Assembly (NCBI GenBank): GCA_973895155.1
Contig: OZ316893.1
Span: 9,487,839 to 9,551,838 of the forward strand
Reading direction: 5' to 3'
DNA length: 64,000 bases
Source: Marsupella aquatica
Taxonomy: Eukaryota > Plantae > Marchantiophyta
Of the stretch, positions 51,150 to 63,877 are shown piece after piece. How positions within the stretch are numbered: position 1 is the stretch's first letter; the number at the start of each line of letters is the position of its first letter. The translations under genes were made by a program, and so were the position numbers. The notes under the pieces are model-generated. The model saw only the letters and a list, made by a program, of their open reading frames with translations, made no database searches and was not told where the DNA came from.

Positions 51150-53135
51150 CTTCTGCCCAAACACACTCAAACTATTCCTTACGCCCGCTGCAAATCCTAA
51201 ACTCCAAACCTGGACAATGACAAAAATGGTTACTTTCCTAGGGAAGAGCACAACTCGTAAAAAAAGGAAACATTTCTTTCTGCGCACCTGCATACTGGCT
51301 GTTGAAAAAATGGCATTTGTGTGCAACTAAAAATACTATTCGGCTAATTTGTGCCAGAAACAACCAGTTGTCTCCACATCGCACGAAAGGCATCTATTCT
51401 AACTATTATGGATCCAATCACGTTCCGATAGGTATTTTCCAGAGTGAGATGGTTTTGATTGCTGAGATAATTCAAATCACATCATGTCAAACCCGACATT
51501 GATAGCTCCGACTCTGCCCACGCAGTCACAACCTCAAACCCTAAGCCCCCGAGATTCAGTACACAACTGTCGAACTAAGGGGATTCCAGTCCTAAATTCG
51601 ACCCTACAGATCCGGGGGCTGGACCCCTTGACTTCACTGCAAGTCCACGCCCACAACCAATCCCAGATCACAGCCAGCAGCTCGCATTCCAACGGATGTT
51701 GAGGGCCAGGTCAATGAACCACAGCAGAAGTCGACGGCTTCGACAAAGATTTCGCACAACATTTTGCACAACAGACGGAGGAACCGAATTCGCTGGGGAG
51801 ATGAATTACCCCTTGCTTCCACTTCCCGGCAAGTATGCAGACGGGTCCTCCACTGAGGAAGACAAGGCAGTCGAAGAGAGAAAATCCCCAACGATTTCCT
51901 CCAAAAGCAAAGCTGAAGCTCACACTGAAATACAAAATGCGAGCATACATTTACTGCTCCCGGACTTAAAGTGCGCCATCATCTGTTCTTGATTCACTAG
52001 CCATACCTTAAACAAAAACCACTCTTGCTCTGATTCTCATTTGTACTCCCCTCTTCATTGTCCCAAGTCACCCAATCTCTCCCATATCTGTCAATCAGCA
52101 CCGCCGGGCGAAATTCAGTATCGAACTCCACTCAAAACTGTCACCAGTGAACACCTCATCCCCGCATTGTCGTTCGCAGTTACTGTGCAGTCAGGTTTCG
52201 ATAACTGCACACTGAATAAGTGCAAAACCTGGCTAATTGCAAAGCGTCCCGTTCTCCCCTTTTTTCTGACCATTTGCACTTTGGCGAGGAGGGATGCATT
52301 AAACGACCATTATTAGCGTTTAGGAGCACTTGTGGGTAGAAAAGAATTCGGACGCAATAATTATAATTAACTTCTATAAGGTTGCGTTTTTTTATGCACT
52401 GGTTGCCATTCATTATAACTCTTATACTACAAGGTTGCGCCTTTTTACGCACTGGTCATCATTCAAAAATACAGTGTCAAGAAAAAAATAAATCATTAAA
52501 CAGAAGGAATAAAACCAAAATCAAATTAAATATAGAGTGAATAAAAAATACACAAATATTTTCATACAAAAAGGAATCAAATGGTTAAAACAAAAGATGT
52601 CACTAACCCTGTTGATTGCACTTTCACACAAAAAAGAATCGAATGATGGGGACAAAAGACAAAAAAATATAACTAACCCTGTTGCATGCAGTAGTATCAT
52701 AAGTCACTATTATACCATATCCTCTAGAAATGGTACTTTACAAACTCAAAAACAATGTGAACAAATCGTAACCCTCAAGTAAAAATTTGTTTTTCTGTGA
52801 CCGTAGGATCCACGCATCCATACTTCTATTAATCTCAATTATCTATGCCCAAGCTATCCACAGCCTACCCAAACCCGACCAAGATAAAAAAATTAATTTA
52901 ATATTCATTAAAAACTAATTATTAAAATTGAGACTTAATGAATTGGATATTAATCTTAAATTAAAATAAAAACTTGAGTATAAATAAAATATATCCAATA
53001 TTAATTTCTCTAAAAATTTAAAATTTAAAATATTTGTTTTCTATCACTTGGTTGTGCTTGGACTCTATGCTGCGGTGACCATTATCTTTACCTCTCCAAT
53101 TTCTATGTGCAATGCACGAGTTGTTGAACACCACC

Positions 53136-53433
53136 CTCAGGGGTTTCACTTCCACAAAAATGACATATCACGTGTGACGAAGGATATGATCATTTTATTG
53201 GTTCTAAGAGAAAACTTAAGAATTTTTGTAGAAGAAAAATAGGGTCTTTTCAATTCAATTTTAAGACTTATAAAAACACTAGGGTATTTTTAATCCAAAT
53301 TTTGGAATATTCCAAGATTATTCCAACTTTACAGGGGTTAAAAAATAAATATATTTTCTTACATTTTTAGGGGGCCTGAGACCTAAAAACGTTGCAGGTG
53401 ATGGGGAGGTCCCCATATAGTGAGACCCCCAAG
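53136..53433 (-). mobile_element. MITE (298 bp), copy 2, opposite orientation to 24035-24330
   Basis: TIRs CTCAGGGGTTTCACT / AGTGAGACCCCCAAG. 8-bp TSD ACACCACC at 53128-53135 and 53434-53441. Confidence 0.93.
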
Positions 53434-53459
53434 ACACCACCACAACAACTCTACCTGGC

Positions 53460-54620
53460 TTGCTTTGACATATTTTTCTCATCTCGCCATTTTTTCTCAC
53501 ATTGACATCTTTATCTCACATGTTCAACAATTTTTTCTCACCCTCGGCATCTTTTAGGTCCTTGATTATTGTTTCTCTCCTTGATAATTATATTTTCTCA
53601 CTTGACTCGACATCTTTCCTCACCTCCACATCTTTTCTCACCTTGACATCCTTATCTTAACACAACATCTTTCACTCACCTTGCCATGTTTTCTCTCCTT
53701 TACGTCTTCTTTTCACCTTGACTTCTTTGTCTCACCTCAACATCTCTTTTTCTCATTGACATATGTTTTCACCTTGACGTCTGATCTTTTTCTCACCTTC
53801 ACATTTTTATCTCACCACAACATCTTTCTCTCACCCTTGACATTTTTTCCTTATCTTCATATATTTTTCTCACATCGCTATCTTTCTCTCCCTGGAATTT
53901 CTTTTGCTTTACTTTTTTTTGTCAACTTGACACCTCTGTTTCTCATCAAAATCTTTGTTCACCTCGACATCTTCTCCTCGTCTCGCCACCTATTTCCCAC
54001 TTCAACTTCTATTTCTCACCTCAACTTCTATTTTCACTCAACATCTTTTTCTCACCGCATCATCTTTTGTGCAACTGTTGTCTTAACAACATCTTTGTTT
54101 ACTTAAAGACAACTTTTCTCTTAACAACATCTTGGGCAATGTGATGTCTCTTTTCTTAAGGACATCTTGGGTGCCACAACATCTTTTTCTTAACGATATC
54201 TTGGTTGACAGGATATTTTTTTTCTTAAGGACATCTTGGGTGACACATTTTTTTTTCCTAAGTACATCTTGGGTGTCATGATATCTTTTTTCTTAATGAC
54301 ATCTTGGGTGACATGATATGTTTTTTTCTTTATAATGACACATTGGGCAACATTTTTTTCTTCATGACATCTTGGGCGAGACGACATTTTCTTTCTTAAC
54401 GACATCTTGGGCAACAACACATCTTTTCTTCTTAACGGCATCTTGGAAGATACAACATAGTTTTTCTTAAATGACATCTTGGGCGACACAACATCTTTTT
54501 TTCTTAATTGCATCTTAGAGGACACGACATCTTGTTCCTTAACGACATCTTGGGCGACATGACATATTTTGTCTTAACAATATCTTGGGCTACACAACAT
54601 ATTTTTTCTTCACAACATCT
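53460..54620 (+). repeat. Degenerate tandem arrays (~20-bp CTCACCTTGACATCTTTTT, then ~36-bp CTTAACGACATCTTGGGCGACACAACATCTTTTTT units)
   Basis: Units visible by eye at 53460-54060 and 54080-54620. ORFs here are repeat artefacts. Confidence 0.8.
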
Positions 54621-54879
54621 TTGTGCAACGCACGGGTATTGAGCTAGTGGTTCAATAATAAAATTTGATGATAATGCAGCAGTTGTTATAAACCAACAGG
54701 GAAACCCAAATGGAACGCGTGAATGTTGGTCCAATTGCTAGGGAATTAAGAGAAGCCAATTTTACAAAAATAGTTTCTTTACAGTTCCTTTGACTTACAC
54801 TTATTGGTAAATATTTGTCATTGTTACATAGCATAAAACTGCAATCACTACTACATATTCGGCCTTTTTGTGAAGGCGA

Positions 54880-55395
54880 TTTAGTCGCGCTGAAATGCCC
54901 TGCGAGACACTGTCCATCGCTCGCTTTGCAATTGATAACTCATCTCAATTAGCGATGATAAAAGCATCGCAACCCCAATTTGCGATGCGCAACCCATCTC
55001 AAACGCTTGCGATTCTTAATTGATTGCAAACATGTTGCGATATCATTTCCATTCGGCCGCGTTTGCGAATCCTTTATCATCGCAAATACTCTATGATCCT
55101 AATACCCTCAACAGTTTTGCGAGTCATCGGCCATCGCTCGGATGTTTGTGAGACTCATTCTATCGCAAGTTTGCGAATATTAATGTATGGCAACTATGCA
55201 ACCAGATTAATATCGCAATGTCATGCCGAATTAGGCAACAACTCTTGCGTTGAAATAAGGTTCGCAAATTTACGATGCGGGTTAATTTGCAAGATTGCGA
55301 GGATATGGGAATGGACAAGTTGCAAATGTTATTGTATCGGAAATGTTTAGCGAAGGTAGTGCGAAGGAATTCTGTTCGCAAAATGGTTCGCAAAA
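54880..55395. repeat. CACTA subterminal repeats (TCGCAA/TTGCGA, both orientations)
   Basis: Dense ATCGCAA, TTGCGA and TTCGCAA motifs. A second cluster lies at 62636-62770. Confidence 0.8.
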
Positions 55396-55419
55396 TTAAT
55401 AAGTGACGTTGAAGGTAAT

Positions 55420-56280
55420 TTAGGAGAAAAAAGGGGATGGGCCAAGTGAGGGACGATGGAGGGACAAGGGTAGGAGGGAGAAAGAGGGAGAAAGGGGACG
55501 GTTGGGTCAAGGAAAGGAGGGAGGAAGGAGGAGGGTGCGCCAATTTAGGGAAGGCCGGTATATAGGTAAGAGGGAGAAAGGGGGTGGGATGCAATGAATC
55601 GAGGGAGGAAAGAGGGTATAGGCAAGGTAAGAGGGAGAAATTAAGGAGCCAGGGTGGGACAAGGAATGGAGGGAGGGAAAAGGAAAAGATGGAGTAAGGA
55701 AGAGGGTTAGCCAATTAATATAGGTAAGAGGGAGAAAGGGTTTGGAACAAGGAAAGGAGGGAGGGAAAAGGAAAAGAGGGAGGAAGGAGGAGGGTTGGCC
55801 AATTAATTTAGGTAAGAGGGAGAAAGGGTTTGGGACAAGGAAAGGAGGGAGGAAGGAGTTTGGTTATATATAGGTAAGAGGAAGAAAGTAAGGGTCCAGG
55901 ATGGGACAAGGAAGCGAGGGAAGGGGAAGGAGGAGGGTGGGCCATGAATTTAGGGTATAGGGATGAGGGGGTGGGACAAGGAAAGGATGGGGCAGGTTGG
56001 AGGGACAAGCTAGGGAGGGCCGGTATAGGTACTTAAGAGGGATTAAGGGGGTGGGACAAGGAAAGGAGGGAGGCCGGGACAAGTTAGGGAGCCTGGTCAG
56101 TTTAGGTAAGAGGAAGAAATGGTTTTGGACAAGGAAAGGAGCTGGAGGGAAGAAGGGAGGATGTATATAATTATATATATGAGGGAGAAACTAAGGAGCC
56201 AGGGTTTAGGTTAAGAGAGGGAAAAGGAAAGAGGGATTTAGGGGGAAAGGAGGTGTATCAAGGAAAGGAGGAAGGAGAAA
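55420..56280 (+). repeat. Purine/G-rich degenerate tandem array inside the CACTA
   Basis: Recurrent GGTAAGAGGGAGAAA..GGGACAAGGAAAGGAGGGAGG units. Confidence 0.8.
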
Positions 56281-56501
56281 GAGTACAAGTAGCATGAGTT
56301 ATCATAACACAAAGTCTAGCAAAAGGTGTGGAGGCATGGAGTTTAGGGTTTAGAGTATATCAATGACATTTCAAAATGACATGATCAATTCACAAATGCA
56401 CATGAATATATCTCCAACAAAGAAGATAGAGAAATCATCATAAATATGAATCCAATGATAGGAATTGACATCACTATATATCCGCATAATATACATATCC
56501 C

Positions 56502-59500
56502 TCATTTTTGGTCCACATCCTCATCAGGGGGGCACACAACCATAACATCAGGCCTTTCCCCGATAATAGAACGAGATCGTGGCACATACGTGATAACAAG
56601 TGACCACTCCTCTGGGTTTGGGGGGTATGGAATATAGAAACATTGCTCCACATGGCTTGGAAATGTAAATGGCTCTGATGTTTGCCAGTGCGATGGCTGG
56701 AAACTGGTGGCAGACATCTTGAGTCGTGTAAATCTACACTCATCTTGAACCACAGTGAGATTGTTACCTGCAAGGTTCACTTTGAACCACTTGCACTTGA
56801 AGATATACTCTTCAAACTTTGACTGTGCATCATATGATACCACTAGGATCTCCTCTATTTTTCCATAATGTGGCACAACATCTCAAAAAATATTTTTGTC
56901 GTGACGACTGGTGCGAGAATCTTGAGAGAATTATCCTTGAACTCCACAATCAAATGTACGACCCCTCTTCTCATCAAGGGAAGAAATCCTAAATTCAATG
57001 AAACCATATGGACATGTTACAAAAAAATAGATGCAAACATATTACAATTTTAACATAATAGACCACAAATATATTTCCAGTATACATAACTAATATCTAA
57101 TGTTTGACAAAAATATTAAGAGAGGATGGTTAGTAAGGTATGTAGGATCAATCACCTGAAATGCCTCCCTTGTGTCACTCCACATTGTTGTCCTTGATGT
57201 TACAATTCTCAAGGGACCATGCATAATGGTACGAACATCATTTGTGATGGTTGGAAAATGTAATATACTCTCTCCTCTGGCCACCATGTCATCCACCTCA
57301 ACTAGCTTTGCCTTCATATAGTCATGACACTTGGGAAAGATCCTTGGCCTCCGACTGTTACTTTTGGCCTCTTCATAGAAGTTCCTCCATTCTTCCATGA
57401 TAGTGTTGTTACTCAACATGAATGTACTCAGTTGCTTCAACTCCATGGGTGTCAACATGCGGGTTTTTGTGGCCCCTGTCAAACGATCCACCTCATCCTC
57501 CCTCTCCTCCTTCCAAGTACGGGGAGAGGTACAATCTATTGTGGCTAATATATTGCTGCAATAAAACATACTTTTTGCTACCAAATATCCTGTAGCCATG
57601 CTTCCCTCAACTCTTGCACGGTTTCGTACATATCCCTTTAAAACTGCCATGTACCGTTCCAACCAATACATCCACCGATAATGCACAGGACCCGCAATGG
57701 CAACCTCATGAACAAGGTGAACAAGTAAATGCACTTGACAATCAAAAAAGGAAGGAGGAAGGGCCTTCTCCAACTTGCACACCACCTTTGCAGCCAATAC
57801 CTTCATCCCTGGGATCTCCTCACTATAAATCTCCTTTGAGCATATCCATCTCAACAATTTTCCCAATGACCAAAAGGCATCTTTCACTTCTTCACTTGCC
57901 AAACCTATTATTGCCACGGGCAATATATGTTGCAATAGTCGGTAGTAGTCATGTGTCTTCAAATATCGTGGCCACTTATGATTGTCCTCCATCCCAAAAG
58001 CCTTTCGAAGATTGGCTCCATAACCGGTAGGAACCTCATGTCTCCTATGCGATTTCGAAACTCCCTTCGTTGTCCAACAGGAAGCACCCATGGAGCTGAT
58101 GGTCGGTGTTCCATCCCTGTGACTGGATCACTTGTCACACATCTGGATGCATCTCAAGATCCTCACAAGCCTCCCTGAAGTTAGTGTCCTTCTCTCCATA
58201 GAAAGCTTTTATCAATGCCTTTCCCACATTCCCCTCAATGTGCATGGGATCTAATAGATGGCGGATCTTCAATTCTCCCCAATAGGGCAAAGTGGTTAGA
58301 ATACTCCACCTTGTCAACCCACTACCCTCAAACTGCATGGGATCCTCAGGGCCAGCCACTCTATCAGCCAAGTCTTTCCAGTGTGCAAAAGTTGTTGGCT
58401 CAGGTACTTCACGCTCATCACCAAGCGGCATATCAATGGAGGAAAATAGAAGTGGATCAAACCTCATTGCATGTCCCATTGGGAGAAATTTTGTATGCCC
58501 AAGATAAATAATCTTGTGAAGGTGCGATGAGTACTTGGCTATATCACCAAGGCCTGGGCCACAAGTGGAGCAAGCTTTGTAGCCTTGGGTTTGCAACCCA
58601 CTGACAAAACCAAACCCTGCCAAAAAATACATCAGCAAATGATTGTGTTATGATTGACAAAGAAAAGAAAATAATACCATGCATCCTCATATGATGGAAA
58701 TTAAATAAGTAAGTACTATAGTGTAACAGTTCTTACCTGGATAGTCATGCATGGTCCACATACAAATCCCTTTCAGTTTGAAAACCCGTGATAAACCCTT
58801 TGTAATCTATCGACCATCATATGCCCATACTCCCTCCCATAATTTTTGGAGTTCTTGAACCAGTAATGCCATGTAGGTGTCCATGTTCTTCACCTTCTTT
58901 GGCCCTGGGATAATCAAAGATAACAACAAAAACCCCTTTTTCATGGACAACCATGGTGGAAGGTTGTAATTCATGAGAACCACTGGCCAAACCGATGTAG
59001 GCCTCCCCTTCCCCCCAAGTGAATGAGGGCTAACCCCATCTGAAGCCAACCCCAATCGCACATGCCGAGGGTCACGCTCAAAATCTGGCCATGTTGACTC
59101 TACATGTTTATGAGCAGGAGAGTCAACTGGTAATCGCATCACACTAGGCTCTGAACGATGCTTCTTGTGCCATACCATCAACTCGGCCAAGTCAGAACAT
59201 CTATACATGTGCAACAAGCAAGAAATAATGGGGAACCAACAAACAACTTTCCTTGGCACCTTCTGGGTTAGCATGTTTGGCTCATACCGTGGCCCATGAC
59301 ACACGGTGCATACTGTGACATGGGCTTTGTCCCCATGAAATAACATGCAATCATTCACACACGCATGAATGATATGGTAATCCATGCCAATGGATGAGAG
59401 AATCTTCTTTGTATCCTTCCAGGTTCCTGGCAACACATTCTCACTAGGTAACATCAGGTCATGACAATATTCAAATATGTCTGATAACATAGAATTGCTT

Positions 59501-59916
59501 GCCTTACGTTTAGCCTGAATGTTCAACAACCCCAATATGGCTGACAAACGACTCAACCGAGCACCCTCAAAGATAGGTGTCCGGGCATGTTCCTTAGCCT
59601 CCTTCCATTGTTGTTGCCCCTCTGGAGTATGTTGTGGTCGTGGGTCATTTTGGGGGGCAGCTCCTTCAACACTAATGTCAGGGACACCATCCCCAACATC
59701 AGCACCAAACCAATTAACCATGAAGTCATCCATGGCTCTGTCTTGGTCATGCATGACCTGGTCATCAGTTCAGGGTGTCTCTTCCTCATCAGCATCACTT
59801 GGATTATTACTTGACAAGGAATCAGCATCTGATGGTTCTCCTTCTGCTGGCATACCGATCTCTCGATATGCTGCCCTCAACCTTCGTGGTAACATTTGTT
59901 GAGAGGGTTGCGCATT
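56502..59916 (-). pseudogene. CACTA transposase (Tnp2/Transposase_21 + DUF4218 + DUF4216-like), spliced, disrupted
   Basis: IHACVNDCMLF; RHVRLGLASDGVSP; SVWPVVLMNYNLPPW; HDYP|G; LDPMHIEGNV; LKTHDYY; SFFDCQVHLLVHL; RWMYWLERYM; HYGKIEEI..FKCKWF..QCFYIPYP. Confidence 0.93.
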
Positions 59917-60155
59917 CTATGGACAATACAACCAAAAATCCTCTTCATGTATGATTTACCAGGTAAAGTAATACACACTAACAAAAAATTAAGTAACTTA
60001 AGGTAAAAACATTTGCATAAACATAAATAATACAAAGTAAATTATGTATTGCTCCAAAATGAGGCCTAAATGTAATACTCCAAAATGAGGCCAAGGCCAT
60101 ATACATAAAGGTAAGTCTCTAGTACAAAATATGGCAAAGGTGATGACATGGCAGC

Positions 60156-60986
60156 CTAATCCCACTCATAGTGTGTGAATAACTCATCGCCAACTCTAAT
60201 GGTCCTAGTAGCAAGAACTAAGCAATGGTCCTTATGATATCTCTCACCATATGGTGCCGACATTGGACCATCAGTAAAAACCCACTCACAATTGGCCCTA
60301 CGCTTGGGCCGAGTCCCCACAATACTATTTATGAAGCCAACAATATTCCCATTAGGTATGGGGTCACCGTCTATCACTCGTTGTTCACTATACCTTCTAG
60401 TGCTACCATCAAAAGTATCCATCTCTAAGGCATATGTTTTCCACTCAGGATGTTGTGCAAGGATCATGTTCTAGTGTCTTCTCTTGTAGATGGGTCCACC
60501 GTATGGGAACAAAGTAGGACCCTCTCTACCACGAACACTTGACCCACTCACATCATCCACAATGATGTCCTCACAAGCAAAAACCCCATAGCCATGTCTC
60601 TCTCCAAGCGTTGAAGCCTTCACAACCCAACGTCTACCCCAAGCCACAACCTCCTCATCAAAACCGATAAAATATGGCAAGCCAAGAGTCGAGGCATCCC
60701 ACATCTTGATGATAGAAGCACACTTGCCAGTGAACTCACATATACCCCACCTACCCTCAACAAGTGTTCTGGATGGGTCAGTGGGCGCTCGTGGCCTCGT
60801 CCTGGACTTGGGCGTGGACCGCGGTCTTCGTGTCCCACTAGGCACCTGAGGTTGTTCCTCTTCTTCCCCATGAATGGTGCTCATCCCTACACCCAAGGCT
60901 TGTGAAAGTGCATTTCCTATAGCATCTAGAACCCCTTGTGATGGGACATAGGGTGGTGGTGTCACCACTCTACGCATGTTGGATCC
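60156..60986 (-). pseudogene. SET-domain (lysine methyltransferase-like) exon inside the CACTA; one in-frame TAG at 60471-60473
   Basis: VVKASTLGERHGYGVFACEDI (motif I GxG); FPYGGPIY (YxG); IDGD..GNIVGFINS..ANCEW (RFINH..PNC-like); VLATRTIRVGDELFTHY (I..GEEL..DY-like). Confidence 0.8.
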
Positions 60987-61084
60987 CTATTTCATCCAAA
61001 AACCCACAAACAACCATAGGTGTAAACATTGGTTCACTTGTAAGAATATGAGGAGAAAATGGCAAAGCATTGTTACACACTCAC

Positions 61085-61320
61085 CATATGGGATGAAGAA
61101 GCCCCCGGAGTAAAACCTCTATGACGGCCATATCTCTCAATATGTTGAGCACATACATAAGATTTTTGAGAAATTTGGCCCACACATCTGGTGCATTGAC
61201 AGAGTTGTCGGGGTGGACCACGAGGAGGACCGGTAACCTCAGGTTCAGGAGGAGGTGGTATATCCTCATCAGAGGAGGAGAAGTCACTGCTGGAAAGTTC
61301 TGAGGAGGAAGACATATCCA
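61085..61320 (-). CDS. Exon encoding a transposase-associated (CxCxxC..H..G) zinc-binding-like domain
   Basis: LCQCTRCVGQISQKSYVCAQHIERYG; acceptor TTTTGCAG at 61321; phase-0 donor ATG|GTGAGT at 61085/61084. Confidence 0.55.
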
Positions 61321-61439
61321 CTGCAAAATTTAGGGCACAATATGATTAGCATAATATAGGCCAACTAGCAACCTTCTAGGTAACAATTGAAGCCACTCAA
61401 CCATTCCAAAAATGAGGTCCAAAAATAAGTTTCAAGTAC

Positions 61440-62160
61440 ATAGAAAATACCTGTATGGGACCCGGGCTCAGCAGTGCCTATAGGTCATGTGGCTCAAGGA
61501 AAATAAGCCGAATCTGGAAGTAGGAAGAAAAAACTACAGATATAACGTGCATTAAAACAATCATTAGCTAACTTGTTCCAAGTTGTTGGTCCCCAAATAT
61601 ATACATGTACATGCAAAAAAAGAGGTCACACATTAAAAACCCTACAAAGTATATATTTTTACCTTGCAGATGCCCGGGCTCCCACAATGCATATGCATTA
61701 ACATTACTCAAAAGTTGAGGAGGTATTGATGGCCTGCAATGTATCATGTAAGCATAGATTTTTTTCCTCATTTGTTAGGATAAACCCAAACAGAGAAAAA
61801 CTCATTCAATTCCCTCCCTTCAACAACTCTAGAAGCGAACCACTTTAGACCCTTGGAAAACCCTAAAAATTGTAAACCTCAAATGAAGTATGGAAAATAC
61901 CTCTATGGAGCTTGGGCTCAATAGTGCCTAATAGTCTTATGGTTCAAGAAACCATATCTAAGAGTAGCTAGGAGGGAAAAACTGTCTGCAACTCAAGTTG
62001 CAATGCTTCTTTTACCCCAAGTTGTGGGCCCCTAAAAATATATATGTCCGATGAAAAACAAAACCACACCAATACATACACCTTGTACCTTTCAGATGCC
62101 CAAGCTCCCACAATGCCTATGCATTTGTCAAAATCCACCAAAGTAATGGTCACCCTGCAT
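61440..62160. repeat. Diverged ~450-bp tandem duplication in the CACTA 5' region
   Basis: AAAATACCT(G/C)TATGG..GGGCTCA..AGTGCCTA and CAGATGCCC..GCTCCCACAATGC(A/C)TATGCATT occur at ~61445-61700 and ~61895-62125. Confidence 0.7.
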
Positions 62161-62867
62161 CTTATATATTATGTTCCCCTCCTATGTTAGCATAACATCC
62201 AAACACCAACCCCTTCTTACCCTCATAAGTTGCCATAAACCCTAAATGCCAAAGCCGAGGGTCTTACCCTCCTAAATTAACATAATCTGACCCTAAACCC
62301 TCACCACTTAAGCCCTCCTATGTTCCTGTAAAGAGCAAATGCCAAAACCCCTCTTACCCTCCTAAATGACCAAAACTTCACATGCCAAATCCCTCTTACC
62401 ATATGTAGTACCCAATGCCAAAGCCAAGGTCTCACCCTCCAAAATTTCCAGCAGACCCAAATCATTTATCTCTCCTAAATTGGCCATAATCTCAAACAAC
62501 AATAGGATACACCATCCTTCATATCCCTCCAACCTTAAAACCCCTCCTACATACCTTAGCTTATTAGTCTTATCACTTATACACCTGCTTAAGTATACCC
62601 CCACCTTAATTCAAAATTCAAATTCACATGTGATGGGTGCGAGAAGAACATCTTCGCAATCTCATGCGGGAACCTCGTTGCGAACAAAATAACTTCGCAA
62701 ATGGAGGCAATTGCGATGCTTTTTGCGAAAGTTTCTGCATCGCAAGTTGAGATGCGTAGAGTTTTGCAAACCCTATCTCCATTGACCCTTATGAATCCCG
62801 AGCGCGGAACGGCCGGGAGAGTGCATTTTTTCATCGGAAGAGCGAAGGTTAGGGTGCGGGCAGAGCG

Positions 62868-63877
62868 ATGGCGAGCAAAGGAGGTAGTGCTGGAGGTGAT
62901 GGGGCTTCTGGTAGCAATGCGGGTAACAGAGGGGGGGAGGACCGACTGCAGAAGATGGTGGACGAGCACTTTTCCGTGGCACAATTGAGCAAACTGGATT
63001 TGACCACACCAGCAGGGCTGGGATCATTGAGTGCAATTTTAGGCCAGGCATTGCAATTTGGCATGACTGCAGGGCATGCAGCAAGGGATGAGGAGGAGAA
63101 GAAGGCAGCAGAGCAGAAGTCTATTGAGAAGAAGAGGAAGAGAGATGAGAGGGCGAAGGCCGACGTCCTCTCCCCTCATGCCCTGGAAAAGAAGAGAAGG
63201 AAGGAAGAGCGAGACCTGATCAGGAAGCAGAGGGAAGAGCATAGAAAGAAGGAGGAGGCCAGGAAGAAGCTGCCCCTGATTACTCTAGAAGAAGAAGGAA
63301 TTCCAACAGAGCTGGCTTATCTCGGGGCAAAGAGCACAATCAGGCACATTGTGTCAACCAATTTTGCTCGAGGGGTTGAGTGGGGCAGTGTTTCGAAGGC
63401 AGAGCAGAGGCGAGTCATGAATCAAGTGAAGGATGCATTTCGAAACAGAGGAGAGATTGACTCACAGTGGCTTGCAGACAAAATTGTCAATTCTATGTCC
63501 CAAGCAAGATACCACGATAGGAAGAAGATCAGAGCTCACCTGAGAGACCTGGAGGAGTACAAAAATCTGCAGCGGCCGCTGCAATTCTCTGAGGATGTCT
63601 GGAACGCCTTCTACCAGACTGAGTGAAGCTCAAAGCAGCCAGGCTCCTCAAGGAATTCACTGAGAAGTTGGCAAAGGCCCAGAAGGCGAGAGAGGCCGGG
63701 AAGTCTGACCGTGACCTGAAAACTATGGAGCAAAAGGTGGCCCAACTCCTGCAGGTTGTGGCAGATGTTGGCGATCCGCCCAAGAAATTCCTCAAGGCAG
63801 CTGAGCGCATCCAGGAGAAGCCCAACATAACCCACAGGCTCGGTCAAGGTGGCCTCCCCGGCCTAAAGGCAGCATTC
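62868..63877 (+). pseudogene. CACTA second ORF (TnpA/Ptta-like), frameshifted, continues past an intron beyond the window
   Basis: Lys/Arg/Glu-rich coiled region; RPLQFSEDVWNAF; THRLGQGG (Transposase_24-like H..G motif); donor TTC|GTGAGT at ~63878. Confidence 0.65.

Larger units (their letters stand above)
52720..54647 (+). mobile_element. Non-autonomous Helitron remnant (5' end uncertain) with internal tandem arrays
   Basis: 3' end TTTGTGCAACGCACGGGTATTGAGCTAG|T: a C>T-decayed CCCGTGC-AAC-GCACGGG hairpin about 8 nt before CTAG followed by T. Confidence 0.6.

Noticed and set aside
53681-56082. Phe/Leu/Pro-rich and Lys-rich ORFs
   Set aside because: Translation artefacts of tandem and purine-rich repeats.
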